Position numbers and translations under genes: made by a program
Shown: positions 29,105 to 38,975 of the stretch, piece by piece
Layout: each line of letters begins with the position of its first letter
How positions within the stretch are numbered: the stretch's first letter is position 1
Notes under the pieces: model-generated
The model's input: the letters and a program-made list of their open reading frames with translations, nothing else
Databases searched by the model: none
Told to the model about the DNA's origin: nothing
NCBI GenBank assembly: GCA_963762565.1
Contig: CAVXLD010000007.1
Span: forward strand, 544,001 to 608,000
Reading direction: 5' to 3'
DNA: 64,000 nt
From: an uncultured Verrucomicrobiae bacterium
GTDB lineage: Bacteria > Verrucomicrobiota > Verrucomicrobiia > Chthoniobacterales > JAFAMB01

Positions 29105-30902
29105 CGCCGTCAACGCCGGGAACGGGAAGTCGGAGATCGATGGAGCGGCCTCGCTTGCGAGGCCGAGCGGTGACAATGCTCGTTGGTTAGTCGAGACTAC
29201 CGGACTGGTTAAGTCCTTTCGTGACGGGGTTCCTCCGGCGTTGGATCATCTCGATACGAAAGTGGCGGGCGGCGCAGTGACGGGTCTAGCTGGACCGGAT
29301 GGTGCCGGAAAGACCACGCTGATGAGGCTATTAGCAGGTTTGTTGTTGCCGAGTGCCGGAAATATCCGCGTCCTCGGCTTTGATCCCGTCACCCAACCGG
29401 AGGAAATCAGAGCCCGGATTGGGTATATGCCTCAACGGTTTGGTCTTTACGAAGATCTGAACGTGATCCAGAACCTCCGGCTGTATGCTGAGCTCCGCGG
29501 AGTGGTTGGCGAAGAAAGAGAAGCAAGTTTTGAGCGGTTACTTACTTTCACGGATCTGAAACGTTTCCAGAGACGGAAAGCAGGCGCCTTGTCTGGCGGT
29601 ATGAAGCAGAAATTGGGTCTGGCCTGCGCCCTTGTGAGCAAACCCGAGCTGTTGTTACTCGACGAGCCCAGTGTCGGGGTAGACCCGATCTCCAGGCGAG
29701 ATCTATGGAAGATGGTCCAAGATTTAATCGGTGAGGGGATCGGGGTAATCTGGAGTACCGCTTACCTGGACGAGGTCGAGCTGTGTGATGCCGTGATCCT
29801 TCTGCATGAAGGCAAGAAAGTCTTCGATGGACCGCCAAAGGAGTTAACCGACAGGGTCCGTTCTCGGACTTTTCAATTACGAGTCGCGAGTAATCGGCGC
29901 AAGATCTTGGCGGAGGCATTGCGCTCCCCGGCGGTGGTGGATGGCGTTGTGCAGGGCGATCATATCCGGGTCGTGCTGAAAGACGGCAGTGCTCAGGATG
30001 GGATTGAACGATTCGCTGACGATCGACGCTTACGCCCGGTAGCGCCGCGATTCGAGGATGCCTTTGTCGATACGCTCGGTGGCTTACCCAAGGAAGAATC
30101 GCTGGTGGCCAGTACGATGCCACATCTTCACCACGATGGCGGCAGCGTGATCGATGCACACGATTTAACGAAACGCTTCGGCAAATTTGTTGCTACTGAC
30201 CATGTCACCTTTTCCGTCAATCGAAGCGAGATCTTTGGGTTGCTCGGACCAAACGGCGCCGGCAAGTCGACTACGTTTAAGATGCTATGCGGGTTGTTAA
30301 AGCCCTCTTCCGGAACGGCCCGAATTGCGGGAATCGACTTTCGCAAATCAGGCAGCGCGGCTCGGAACCGAATCGGTTATATGGCGCAGAAATTCTCGCT
30401 CTATGGCGATCTAACCGTGCAACAGAATCTCGATTTCTTCTCTGGTGTGTACGGATTGCAAGGTAATCGGAAGAATTCGGCCATCGATCGGATGATTCAC
30501 GCGTTTGGTTTGGAGAGCTATTTAGGTAGCGCCTCAGGACAACTTCCGTTGGGCTTCAAGCAACGTTTGGCCATGGCTTGCGCCCTGATGCACGAGCCGG
30601 ATGTATTGTTCCTGGATGAACCGACTTCGGGCGTAGATCCCATTACCAGGCGTCAGTTTTGGTTGCATATAAACGGGTTGGTCGACAAAGGCGTAACCGT
30701 CATGGTGACAACCCATTTCATGGATGAAGCCGAGTACTGCGACCGAATCGGGTTAGTCTATCGCGGGAAGCTCATCGCTCTCGATACCCCTGACGCCCTC
30801 AAGGGCAGCGTCCGTTCTTCCGATCTTCCGGATCCCACGATGGAAGAGACTTTCATCCGAATCATTCAACGTTTCGATACCGCGAAGGAGAACAAACCTT
30901 AA
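29082..30902 (+). CDS. ybhF: ABC transporter ATP-binding protein with two ATPase domains
   Basis: GPDGAGKTT / [27 protein letters not shown]. Confidence 0.92.
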   Translation: MNQSPEVNAVNAGNGKSEIDGAASLARPSGDNARWLVETTGLVKSFRDGVPPALDHLDTKVAGGAVTGLAGPDGAGKTTLMRLLAGLLLPSAGNIRVLGFDPVTQPEEIRARIGYMPQRFGLYEDLNVIQNLRLYAELRGVVGEEREASFERLLTFTDLKRFQRRKAGALSGGMKQKLGLACALVSKPELLLLDEPSVGVDPISRRDLWKMVQDLIGEGIGVIWSTAYLDEVELCDAVILLHEGKKVFDGPPKELTDRVRSRTFQLRVASNRRKILAEALRSPAVVDGVVQGDHIRVVLKDGSAQDGIERFADDRRLRPVAPRFEDAFVDTLGGLPKEESLVASTMPHLHHDGGSVIDAHDLTKRFGKFVATDHVTFSVNRSEIFGLLGPNGAGKSTTFKMLCGLLKPSSGTARIAGIDFRKSGSAARNRIGYMAQKFSLYGDLTVQQNLDFFSGVYGLQGNRKNSAIDRMIHAFGLESYLGSASGQLPLGFKQRLAMACALMHEPDVLFLDEPTSGVDPITRRQFWLHINGLVDKGVTVMVTTHFMDEAEYCDRIGLVYRGKLIALDTPDALKGSVRSSDLPDPTMEETFIRIIQRFDTAKENKP

Positions 30903-31332
30903 CCGCAGATGGACGCGAACCAATACAGACAAACCGCAGATGAACGCAGATTGACGCAGATAAAAACAGGAACCGCAAATGGATGAAGAACCACACCACA
31001 GCGACAGGGAGACCACGAATGGAAGCAAACCCTAACCGCAGATGAACACCACTAACACAGACTAGAATGATCCGCAGATTACGCAGATTTCGTTTTGTCG
31101 TCAGGTCCTGCCAGCGGCAGATGGGAATCGCTGCGCCGCCACTGAGGTTTCTTGCTCCCACGTGCGGATCGACCTCAAGAAGTAATCTGCGAAATCTGCG
31201 TAATCTGCGGATAATCCCTTCTCTCTTTGATCGGTGGATTCGCGTCCATTCGTGTCCGTTCGCGGTTAGTCTGTTATCTGCGCCAATCTGCGTCCATCTG
31301 CGGTTGAGTTCCGGGCTTTCATCTGCGGTTGA
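30901..31332. repeat. Nested nonamer-period inverted repeats (CGCAGAT and CGCGAAT families)
   Basis: At least four concentric arm pairs, e.g. AACCGCAGATGAACGCAGATTGACGCAGATAA vs TTATCTGCGCCAATCTGCGTCCATCTGCGGTT. Confidence 0.85.
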
Positions 31333-31350
31333 GTGCTTCGGAGGTGCTCT

Positions 31351-32490
31351 ATGAATGCGAAGAATCGGCGGTTTAGTTGGCGCCGGTTGGGGGCGTTAGT
31401 ACGGAAAGAACTGATACAGATCGTCAATGATCCCAGCAGTATCTTGATCGCCTTTATCCTCCCGATAATGCTGTTGTTTCTTTTTGGATATGCGGTTTCG
31501 TTGGATTCGACTCGGGTGCGGGTAGGTGTGGCGCTGGAAGAACGAACACCGGAGTCGGAGAACCTATTAGTCAGTTTGCGTAACTCGAAATATCTCGATG
31601 TTACCGCAAGTTTCGATCGCGCTTTTCTAGAGCGAGAGATGGTGGCGGGAAGGATTAGAGCGCTGTTGGTGGTGCCGATCGATTTCTCTCGACGCCTGCA
31701 TTCGGCAGGCAACTCCGCGCCGTTACAGATTATTGGAGACGGCAGCGAACCCAACACCGCTGCCTTTGCCGAGGCTTATCTGGAGGCGGTGGTATCGCTC
31801 TGGCTGCAACAACGAGGCATGGAAACGGGGACCCCGATTAATAGCGCAATCGATGTCGAGACCCGGAATTGGTTCAATCCTTCTTTAGAGAGCAAGAACT
31901 ACCTCATCCCCGGCTCGATCGCGATCATTATGACGATGATCGGTACATTGTTAACTGCGCTGGTAGTGGCTCGAGAATGGGAACGCGGTACGATGGAAGC
32001 GATGATGGCGACACCGGTAGCGATTCAAGAATTAGTGCTAGGGAAGCTGATCCCATACTTCTTGCTGGGGCTGGGTTCGATGCTCTTCTGCACCGTAGTG
32101 GCGGTCTTTGTCTTCCATACGCCTTTGCGCGGATCAATTATGTCATTGTTTTTGGTCACGTCACTGTTCCTAGCATGTGGGTTAGGCCTCGGCCTTTGGG
32201 TGTCGACGCTTTCTAAAAGCCAGTTTGTGGCCGGTCAGATCGCTATCATTCTAGGTTTCTTGCCGGGTTTCCAGCTCTCCGGCTTCCTATTTGAAATCTC
32301 CAGCATGCCGCAGATTATCCAGTTCCTAACCTGGCTATTTCCGGCTCGTTACTTCGTCCAGGCGCTACAAACAATTTTTCTTGCCGGTGACGTCTGGAGA
32401 ATCGTCGCCTTTAACTCCCTAGTCCTAGCCGGCTTCGCCACCCTCTTCTTTATCCTAACCGCTCGAGTGACCCACAAACGCCTAGCCTGA
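31351..32490 (+). CDS. ybhS: ABC-2 type permease
   Basis: KELIQIVNDP, WFNPSLES, VAREWERGTME. GGAGGT RBS before ATG 31351. Confidence 0.9.
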   Translation: MNAKNRRFSWRRLGALVRKELIQIVNDPSSILIAFILPIMLLFLFGYAVSLDSTRVRVGVALEERTPESENLLVSLRNSKYLDVTASFDRAFLEREMVAGRIRALLVVPIDFSRRLHSAGNSAPLQIIGDGSEPNTAAFAEAYLEAVVSLWLQQRGMETGTPINSAIDVETRNWFNPSLESKNYLIPGSIAIIMTMIGTLLTALVVAREWERGTMEAMMATPVAIQELVLGKLIPYFLLGLGSMLFCTVVAVFVFHTPLRGSIMSLFLVTSLFLACGLGLGLWVSTLSKSQFVAGQIAIILGFLPGFQLSGFLFEISSMPQIIQFLTWLFPARYFVQALQTIFLAGDVWRIVAFNSLVLAGFATLFFILTARVTHKRLA

Positions 32491-32511
32491 AAAAAAGACA
32501 CAGAAACTCCA

Positions 32512-32776
32512 GCCGCAGATTTACGCAGATAAAAAAAGGAACCGCGAATGGACACGAATAAACGCGAATAGATGAAGAATCTCACCACGGCGACACGAGG
32601 ACCACGGAGCGAGACTTTCAAGGAAGGTATTAGAAGTCTCTGGGTCCTCTGTGTCTCTGTGGTGAATTCAGTAATTTATTCGCGTCCATTCGTGTTCATT
32701 CGTGGTCGGTCTTTTATCTGCGTCTATCTGCGCCTGTCGCGCCATAGCGAAGCGGCGGCGGATCCATCTGCGGTTG
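32512..32776. repeat. Nested nonamer-period inverted repeats (three layers)
   Basis: CGCAGAT layer encloses a CGCGAAT/CACGAAT layer, which encloses a CACCACGG...CTCTGTGGTG layer. Confidence 0.85.
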
Positions 32777-32804
32777 AGTTCTTGTTTCCTGCGAGGAGGT
32801 AATT

Positions 32805-33911
32805 ATGTGGCTTAGAATCATGACCCTGATTCGGAAGGAAGTATTGGCGGTGTTGCGTGATCCGCGGAACCGGGTCGCACTGATCCTGCCGCCGATTATG
32901 CAACTCTTCTTGTTTTCGTTTACTGGCACCCTTGAGGTCAAGCATGTCGCGCTCGGCATTTGGAACCAGGATTATGGACAGGTCGCCAACGAAGTAATCG
33001 AACGACTTTGCGCTTCTCCGAATTTTGGACATGTGGAATTCGCGCACTCCCGCCAGGAACTGCAGGACATGATAGACGAACAGCGAGTAATGCTCGCGAT
33101 TACCTTTTTACCGGATTTTTCCCGAAAGTTTTCGCAGGGGCAGATGGCGCCGTTACAGATGATCGCTGACGGCCGGAAATCAAACTCTGCCCAGATCGCC
33201 CAAGGTTATGTGACCCAGGTAGTGAACCAATTTGTCAGTGAACAAACTCCGAGTGACAGCGATGCTCCGAATGTGCAGATAGTCGAACGAACGTGGTTTA
33301 ATCCAAATCTGGATTATATTTGGTTTACCCTGCCGTCGTTGGCGGTGATGATCACCTTGCAAATCTGCTTGAATGTTACAGCCATGTCAGTGGCTCGAGA
33401 ACGAGAGATGGGGACATTCGAACAGCTTTTGGTGTCACCGATGCGGCCGATGGAAATCATGGCCGGCAAAAGTATTCCGGCGCTCATTTTGGCGTTGATC
33501 GAAGTAACGATATTCATTTTGATTACGGTGTTCGTATTTCGGATTCCATTTCACGGCTCGGTCCTCTTCTTGTATCTCAGCCTGACGGTGTTTGTCATCG
33601 CCATGATCGGCATTGGCTTGAGCATTTCATCCATCGCCCTGACCCAGCAGCAAGCCCTTTTAGGCATCATGACCACTCTGCTTCCAGCAACCCTGCTTTC
33701 GGGGTACGCCGCACCCATCGAAAATATGCCGGGGTGGTTACAGCCACTCACCTATGCAAATCCGTTACGCTACATCATGATCGTAATGAAAGGCGTCTTT
33801 CTGAAAGACATGCCACCACTGGAGATCCTGAATAATACCTGGCCAATGGCTATTATCGCGGTGTTCACGTTAACCTTGGCCACGTTGTTGTTCAAAAGGC
33901 GGCTGGGTTGA
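32805..33911 (+). CDS. ybhR: ABC-2 type permease
   Basis: RKEVLAVLRDP, DGRKSNSA, WFNPNLDY, VAREREMGTFEQLLVSP. Confidence 0.9.
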   Translation: MWLRIMTLIRKEVLAVLRDPRNRVALILPPIMQLFLFSFTGTLEVKHVALGIWNQDYGQVANEVIERLCASPNFGHVEFAHSRQELQDMIDEQRVMLAITFLPDFSRKFSQGQMAPLQMIADGRKSNSAQIAQGYVTQVVNQFVSEQTPSDSDAPNVQIVERTWFNPNLDYIWFTLPSLAVMITLQICLNVTAMSVAREREMGTFEQLLVSPMRPMEIMAGKSIPALILALIEVTIFILITVFVFRIPFHGSVLFLYLSLTVFVIAMIGIGLSISSIALTQQQALLGIMTTLLPATLLSGYAAPIENMPGWLQPLTYANPLRYIMIVMKGVFLKDMPPLEILNNTWPMAIIAVFTLTLATLLFKRRLG

Positions 33912-34001
33912 GAGCGTTGATCTGATCGCTGACTCGGAAATCATTGTGATCTACAAGGCGCGGAATAAACGTGTGAGGTGTGATTGGCGGATAGATCGGA
34001 G

Positions 34002-34260
34002 CGACCCCACGCCTGGAGGGGAGCCGCTTTGTAGGGTGAGAGCTCTATCGGTTAGCTGCCACCGAAAGCTTCGGGTAGACAGGCGGCTCCCGGGAACTAC
34101 CCAGCGCAGGGCTTTACGCTTGCGTCTCCGTTCCGAAACGAGTTGGCCGTTCCGTGGGCGAAAGAACTGCGACGCGCTGCGGTAATTCCCGGGAGCCGCC
34201 TGCTAGGAACTTACAGAACTGCCATCCTATAAAGCGGCTCCCCTCCAGGCTGCGGGGTCG
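34002..34260. repeat. Four-box palindromic element (family A) with extended palindromic flanks
   Basis: Core 34013-34248. Flanks CGACCCCACGC / GCTGCGGGGTCG. Confidence 0.88.
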
Positions 34261-34276
34261 CGACGTCGAATTTTGC

Positions 34277-34762
34277 CTATTCCCTCAGCGGCCGGAGATC
34301 GGGGTCGGTTAAGGCGATCTTTCTGAAGTTTTCGTCGAAAGCGCTTGCTCTTTGCAGATATGACCGGGCTTTCTCTAAATCACCCAATTGGGCGTAGTAG
34401 CAGGCTAGATTGAAATGGATAGTCGCGTTCTGAGGAAACTTCTGGAGGGCGGCCGATAGAATCACCTCGGCCGCAGCCAGGCTCTGGGCCCGCCGGATAG
34501 CAAAACCCAAGGCAATATACCAGTCTACTCCATCCGGATCTTTTTGGATCAATCGTTCGGCTACAGCTGCAGCCTCCGACCATTTTCCCCACGATTGATA
34601 GACTTGCAACCAGGTGGCCAAAACCGGCATCTCGTCCCTGGTGTCTTCGGGTAGGTCTTCAAGCTCTTCAACGGCCTCCTGGTAAAGGCCGAGCTCGGCA
34701 AACCCGCTGGCAGCCGTCACTTTTCGCCGAATCTCGAAAGCTTGCATCTCCGGCAAACGCAT
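34277..34762 (-). CDS. Tetratricopeptide-repeat protein
   Basis: TPR helices, IHFNLACYYAQLG...ALTDPDL C-terminus. Start is 34762 or 34747. Confidence 0.88.
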   Translation of the reverse strand: MRLPEMQAFEIRRKVTAASGFAELGLYQEAVEELEDLPEDTRDEMPVLATWLQVYQSWGKWSEAAAVAERLIQKDPDGVDWYIALGFAIRRAQSLAAAEVILSAALQKFPQNATIHFNLACYYAQLGDLEKARSYLQRASAFDENFRKIALTDPDLRPLRE

Positions 34763-34990
34763 CAGGCGTTTGCCGGAGATGCAAGCTACGGCAGCAGAAT
34801 ACTCCGTATTGGCCGGGTTATTCTACTGCTTTTTTGGGGTAATTTTGAGGAAGATTGGGCTTAGCTTCAGGCCAAACAATAGGCCACGGCTCGGCGACAG
34901 TTAGGCCCAACCCGGCCATGTATGGGTTCAGCGGATTCGCCATAGCCTGCATGGTTTCCAAATGCAGACCATTTGGAAGCCAGGCAGGCT
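34739..34990. repeat. Doublet of AGCYTGC-N7-SCAAAYG hairpins
   Basis: 34739-34787 (22-bp perfect arms) and 34944-34990. Confidence 0.75.
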
Positions 34991-34992
34991 GG

Positions 34993-36279
34993 CTAGATCC
35001 ATGTCCCCGACGGGATCACCGAATTCTTCGGTATTACCACCACACCGTCACGAATGTAATAATTCGGACCATCCTCGGTAGGCGCTTTCCCATCCGGAGT
35101 GATAACCACTCCGTCCCCAATCCGGGCGTTCTTATCGATGATTGCTCGGTCGACGACGGTGTTCTTGCCGATACCGAGCGGCGGCGCGTCTGCAGTGGGC
35201 TTAGGATGATCGTCTTCGTAGAAATCCGCTCCCATGATCACAGAGTTCCGAATGGTGGCGCCGTTTTCAATCACGCTCCGAAGACCGATTACGGCCCGCT
35301 CTATATGGGCGTCCGAAATAATGCAGCCGTCGGCAATGATAGCGTGTTTCAAGGTAGCTGCGTTGATCTTACTGGCCGGCAAGAACCGCGGATGCGTATA
35401 GATTGGAGCCGATCGATCGAAGAAATTATATGGGGGGATAGTATCCGTCAGGGCTAAGTTTGCTTCGAAAAACGCACCGATGGTTCCGATATCTTCCCAA
35501 TAGCCTTGGAAGATGTAAGCCATCACTTTCCGATCCTTCAGAGCTCCGGGTAAAATGTGCTTTCCAAAATCGTCCATGTCGTTATCCAAGGCACGAATCA
35601 GGTTTTCCCGGTTGAATACATAGATACCCATTGAGCCCTGATAAAGTTCCGCATTCTCCGGCAGTCCCAAGTCCTTTAATAGTGGGGCCGGGATCATCAA
35701 TTCGTCGAGCAGCGCCGCCTCTTTTGGCTTTTCTTCAAACCTGAAAATGCGGCGATTGGAATCGCTATGCATGATACCGAAGGAGGAAGCGGCCTTCCGA
35801 TCAACTGGGGTAGTGCCTAAAGTGATATCGGCTTCGGAATCGATGTGCTGTCTTAACAAATCGATAAAGTCCATCCGATAGAGCTGGTCGCCGCTCAAAA
35901 TCAGGAAGTACTCGAATTCGCCTTCCAGGAAATAGCGCAGGTTCTGCCGGACGGCGTCGGCAGTGCCCTGATACCAACGTGAACCTTCCGGCGTTTGTTG
36001 GGCGGCAAGAACCTCTACGAAGTTGTTTGAGAAGTTATCAAATTTGTAGCTTGCGTGAATGTGCCGGTGCAGCGAGGTGCTGTTAAATTGGGTCAACACG
36101 TAGACGTGGCTCAGGCCGCAGTTCAGGCAGTTACTGATGGGGATGTCCACTAAGCGGTATTTACCTCCTAGTGGGACGGCCGGTTTCGCCCGATCCTTGG
36201 TCAACGGAAAAAGGCGGGTTCCAGCTCCGCCGCCCATGACGATCGCTAAGGTTTTGTTCTTAAGGGAGGATAGATCCAC
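34993..36279 (-). CDS. glgC: Glucose-1-phosphate adenylyltransferase
   Basis: GGGAGTRLFPLT..RAKPAVPLGGKYRLVDIP, WYQGTADAVRQ, LSGDQLYRMD, YWEDIGT. GTG start 36279. Confidence 0.96.
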   Translation of the reverse strand: MDLSSLKNKTLAIVMGGGAGTRLFPLTKDRAKPAVPLGGKYRLVDIPISNCLNCGLSHVYVLTQFNSTSLHRHIHASYKFDNFSNNFVEVLAAQQTPEGSRWYQGTADAVRQNLRYFLEGEFEYFLILSGDQLYRMDFIDLLRQHIDSEADITLGTTPVDRKAASSFGIMHSDSNRRIFRFEEKPKEAALLDELMIPAPLLKDLGLPENAELYQGSMGIYVFNRENLIRALDNDMDDFGKHILPGALKDRKVMAYIFQGYWEDIGTIGAFFEANLALTDTIPPYNFFDRSAPIYTHPRFLPASKINAATLKHAIIADGCIISDAHIERAVIGLRSVIENGATIRNSVIMGADFYEDDHPKPTADAPPLGIGKNTVVDRAIIDKNARIGDGVVITPDGKAPTEDGPNYYIRDGVVVIPKNSVIPSGTWI

Positions 36280-36285
36280 CCGATA

Positions 36286-36564
36286 CCCTCGCCTTAGGCT
36301 CGGGAATGACAAATAGCAAATAGCAGATAGCAAATCGGGCTCGCCTAGGGGAGTGGAGCGCGCCCGGTAAAAGAACCGTGGAGAGGTGGTGCGGATAGGA
36401 CCTATGGGACACATGGGACTTATCGGCCCGTCTCATTAGTCCTATCTGTCCTATAGGTCCTATAAGTCCCATCCATGCCACCTCTGCCCGGTTCCCCTAC
36501 CGGGCGTTCTCCATCCCCCAGCGAGCCCCATTTGCTATTTGCTATGCCCGAGCCTAAGCGAGGG
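36286..36564. repeat. Four-layer imperfect palindrome filling the glgC-glmS divergent spacer
   Basis: Outer CCCTCGCCTTAGGCTCGGG/CCCGAGCCTAAGCGAGGG, then AAATAGC heptamers, then a GC-rich layer, then GGGACCTAT nonamers. Confidence 0.85.
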
Positions 36565-36624
36565 CTCGGCCAAGGCTTGCACCCGGTAGGAATCTTTGGC
36601 AGGGTTGCGCTTTGTTTTATATCT

Positions 36625-38475
36625 ATGTGCGGAATCATTGGTTACATCGGACAAGCGGAAGCCACGCCAATTTTAATGGATGGGCTTAGACGCCTTGAAT
36701 ACCGAGGATATGATTCGGCTGGCATCGCTTTGGTGGCGCAGGGGTCGATGCAGATCCGCAAATGTGCCGGCAGGATTGGCAGTCTGGCGCAACTGATTCA
36801 AAAAGAGCCACCCCGCGGTTCGGTTGGGCTTGGGCATACGCGTTGGGCCACCCATGGCGCGGTCACAGATGACAATGCGCATCCGCATGTCGATCGGTCC
36901 GGAAAGCTCGCCCTGATCCACAATGGGGTGATCGAGAATTTCCAACTCCTTCGAGACCAACTCACCGGGCAGCAACACCAGTTTCACACGGAAACGGATA
37001 CCGAAGTTCTGGCGCATCTGATTGGACACATCTTCGATGAACTGCCCGGCCCTCGATCGAAAGAAACATTGTTGGAAGCGCTGCGCCGGTCCCTCAAGCA
37101 GGTCAATGGTACTTACGGCTTAGCGCTAATCCATTTGGATGTACCCGATGTGGTCTTAGCAGCTCGGCGAGGCAGCCCCTTGATTCTGGGCATTGGGAAA
37201 GGCCAAAACTTTATTGTCAGCGATGTAAGCGCAATCGTCGGCCACACACGTGACGTGGTTTATTTGGACGATTACGACCTCGTGACGGTTGAACGTGACC
37301 ACTTCGATATCGCTTCTTTGGCCGGCACGGATGCCAAATTCCAGGTCAGCAAAGTGGAGTTTACGAGCGAAGAAGCGGATCTGGGAGAGTACCCGCACTA
37401 CATGCTCAAGGAAATCTTTGAGCAGCCCAATGCGATACGGGATGCGATGCGGGGACGTCTATCAGCTGAGGATTCGACGGCTAAGCTCGGTGGCCTCAAC
37501 ATGTCCTCCCGAGAGCTACGCGAGGTCGAACGGATTGTGTTAACCGCTTGCGGTTCGGCTTTCCATACCGCTTTGGTGGGCGAGTACTTGTTAGAAAACC
37601 TGGCTCATCTGCCAACCGAATGTGAATTCGCCAGCGAGTTCCGTTATCGGAATATGCCGATGAACAAAGACACCTTAGTCTTTGCCATCAGTCAGAGCGG
37701 CGAGACCATCGATACCTTGGCTGCTCTTCGGGAGAGCAAACGAAAAGGCCACCGCACTCTGGGAATCTGTAACAATGTCGGTAGTACCGTAGCCAGGGAA
37801 AGCGATGGCGGGGTTTACATGCATGCGGGTCCGGAGATCGGAGTCGCTGCGACCAAGTCTTTTACTTCCCAGATCACGTGTTTAGCCCTCTTGGCTCTGT
37901 TGTTAGGCCGGATTCGGCATTTATCTAGCGCCCAAGGGATAGAGGCCATCCAGGCAATGGAGAGTCTACCGGATAAAGTCCGGCAACTTCTCGCTGAGGC
38001 TGACAATATTCGCGAGTTAGCCGTCAAGTATGCTGAATCAGCCGGGTTCCTCTTCTTTGGCCGTCAGTACAATTACCCGATCGCACTCGAAGGGGCCCTA
38101 AAACTCAAGGAAATCAGCTACCGATTTGCTGAAGGACATCCCAGCGCGGAATTAAAGCACGGCGTGATTGCTTTGGTTCGGCCCGAAGTCCCCTCGATTG
38201 TCATCGCCCCGGACGACGCCGTTTTCGCGAAGAACATCAATGCGATTGAACAGATCAAGGCGCGGAAAGGGAAGGTGATCGCTGTGGCTACAGAGGGGCG
38301 CAAGGACCTGGCCCGACTGGTGGATGATGTCATTTACATCCCAAAATGCCCGGACTTTGTTTCACCCATTCTAACCGTCATTCCCCTCCAGCTCTTTGCC
38401 TATTACCTCGCGGTCCAGCTCGGTTGCGACGTCGACAAGCCACGCAATCTTGCAAAAAGCGTCACCGTCGAGTGA
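36625..38475 (+). CDS. glmS: Glutamine-fructose-6-phosphate transaminase (isomerizing)
   Basis: MCGIIG start, RLEYRGYDSAG, GHTRWATHG, SQSGET, PRNLAKSVTVE. Confidence 0.98.
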   Translation: MCGIIGYIGQAEATPILMDGLRRLEYRGYDSAGIALVAQGSMQIRKCAGRIGSLAQLIQKEPPRGSVGLGHTRWATHGAVTDDNAHPHVDRSGKLALIHNGVIENFQLLRDQLTGQQHQFHTETDTEVLAHLIGHIFDELPGPRSKETLLEALRRSLKQVNGTYGLALIHLDVPDVVLAARRGSPLILGIGKGQNFIVSDVSAIVGHTRDVVYLDDYDLVTVERDHFDIASLAGTDAKFQVSKVEFTSEEADLGEYPHYMLKEIFEQPNAIRDAMRGRLSAEDSTAKLGGLNMSSRELREVERIVLTACGSAFHTALVGEYLLENLAHLPTECEFASEFRYRNMPMNKDTLVFAISQSGETIDTLAALRESKRKGHRTLGICNNVGSTVARESDGGVYMHAGPEIGVAATKSFTSQITCLALLALLLGRIRHLSSAQGIEAIQAMESLPDKVRQLLAEADNIRELAVKYAESAGFLFFGRQYNYPIALEGALKLKEISYRFAEGHPSAELKHGVIALVRPEVPSIVIAPDDAVFAKNINAIEQIKARKGKVIAVATEGRKDLARLVDDVIYIPKCPDFVSPILTVIPLQLFAYYLAVQLGCDVDKPRNLAKSVTVE

Positions 38476-38548
38476 TAGGCGAATGGGCGAGACGGCGACG
38501 GGGTGTTCGAGGCGCGAAGCGTTTAACCGGGATGGCATGGCCCCTGAT

Positions 38549-38768
38549 CGGTAGGGCGAAAATCTCGGCGCGTATACCGGCTCCCACCTCGCCGAATCAA
38601 TCGCGCCGGATTTGAGCCATGCGTGCGGATGGCCTCGCCCAAAACGTTGCTGATTTTCGACGATATCAAATTCTAGCAGGTGGTATGCGGACGGCGCGGC
38701 TCAAATCCGGCGCGGGAACACCACAGGCGAAACAACGTCCTCGGCGCGCCGAGATTTTCGCCCTACCG
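38549..38768. repeat. GTAG-type four-box palindromic element (family B)
   Basis: Perfect 24-bp outer IR (38549-38572 / 38745-38768) and perfect 17-bp inner IR (38602-38618 / 38698-38714). Confidence 0.85.
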
Positions 38769-38975
38769 GCCCAACCCGCATCCTCCCTTGATTTCCCGGC
38801 CAACCGGGCGCAGCCTTGCAAGAGGCCCGTTAATTTAGAAATAGAGCGCAACAGCGCCAGGGTGCAGATTGTTTACGCCAATGTACCTGGTAAGCGAAGT
38901 CGGCCCGCCGAAAGGAAATGCTTATGGGTGCTAGGATAGAACCGCCGACTCTGTGAGATTGGAACTTTATTAATA

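Noticed and set aside
29548..30159. Long antisense or alternate-frame ORFs (e.g. 29548-30159, 34855-35457, 44948-45559)
   Set aside because: They are shadows of well-supported genes in GC-rich DNA, with no motifs.
36475..36624. glmS ribozyme upstream of glmS
   Set aside because: No recognisable ribozyme core. The region is repeat-derived palindrome plus ~60 bp of unique DNA.
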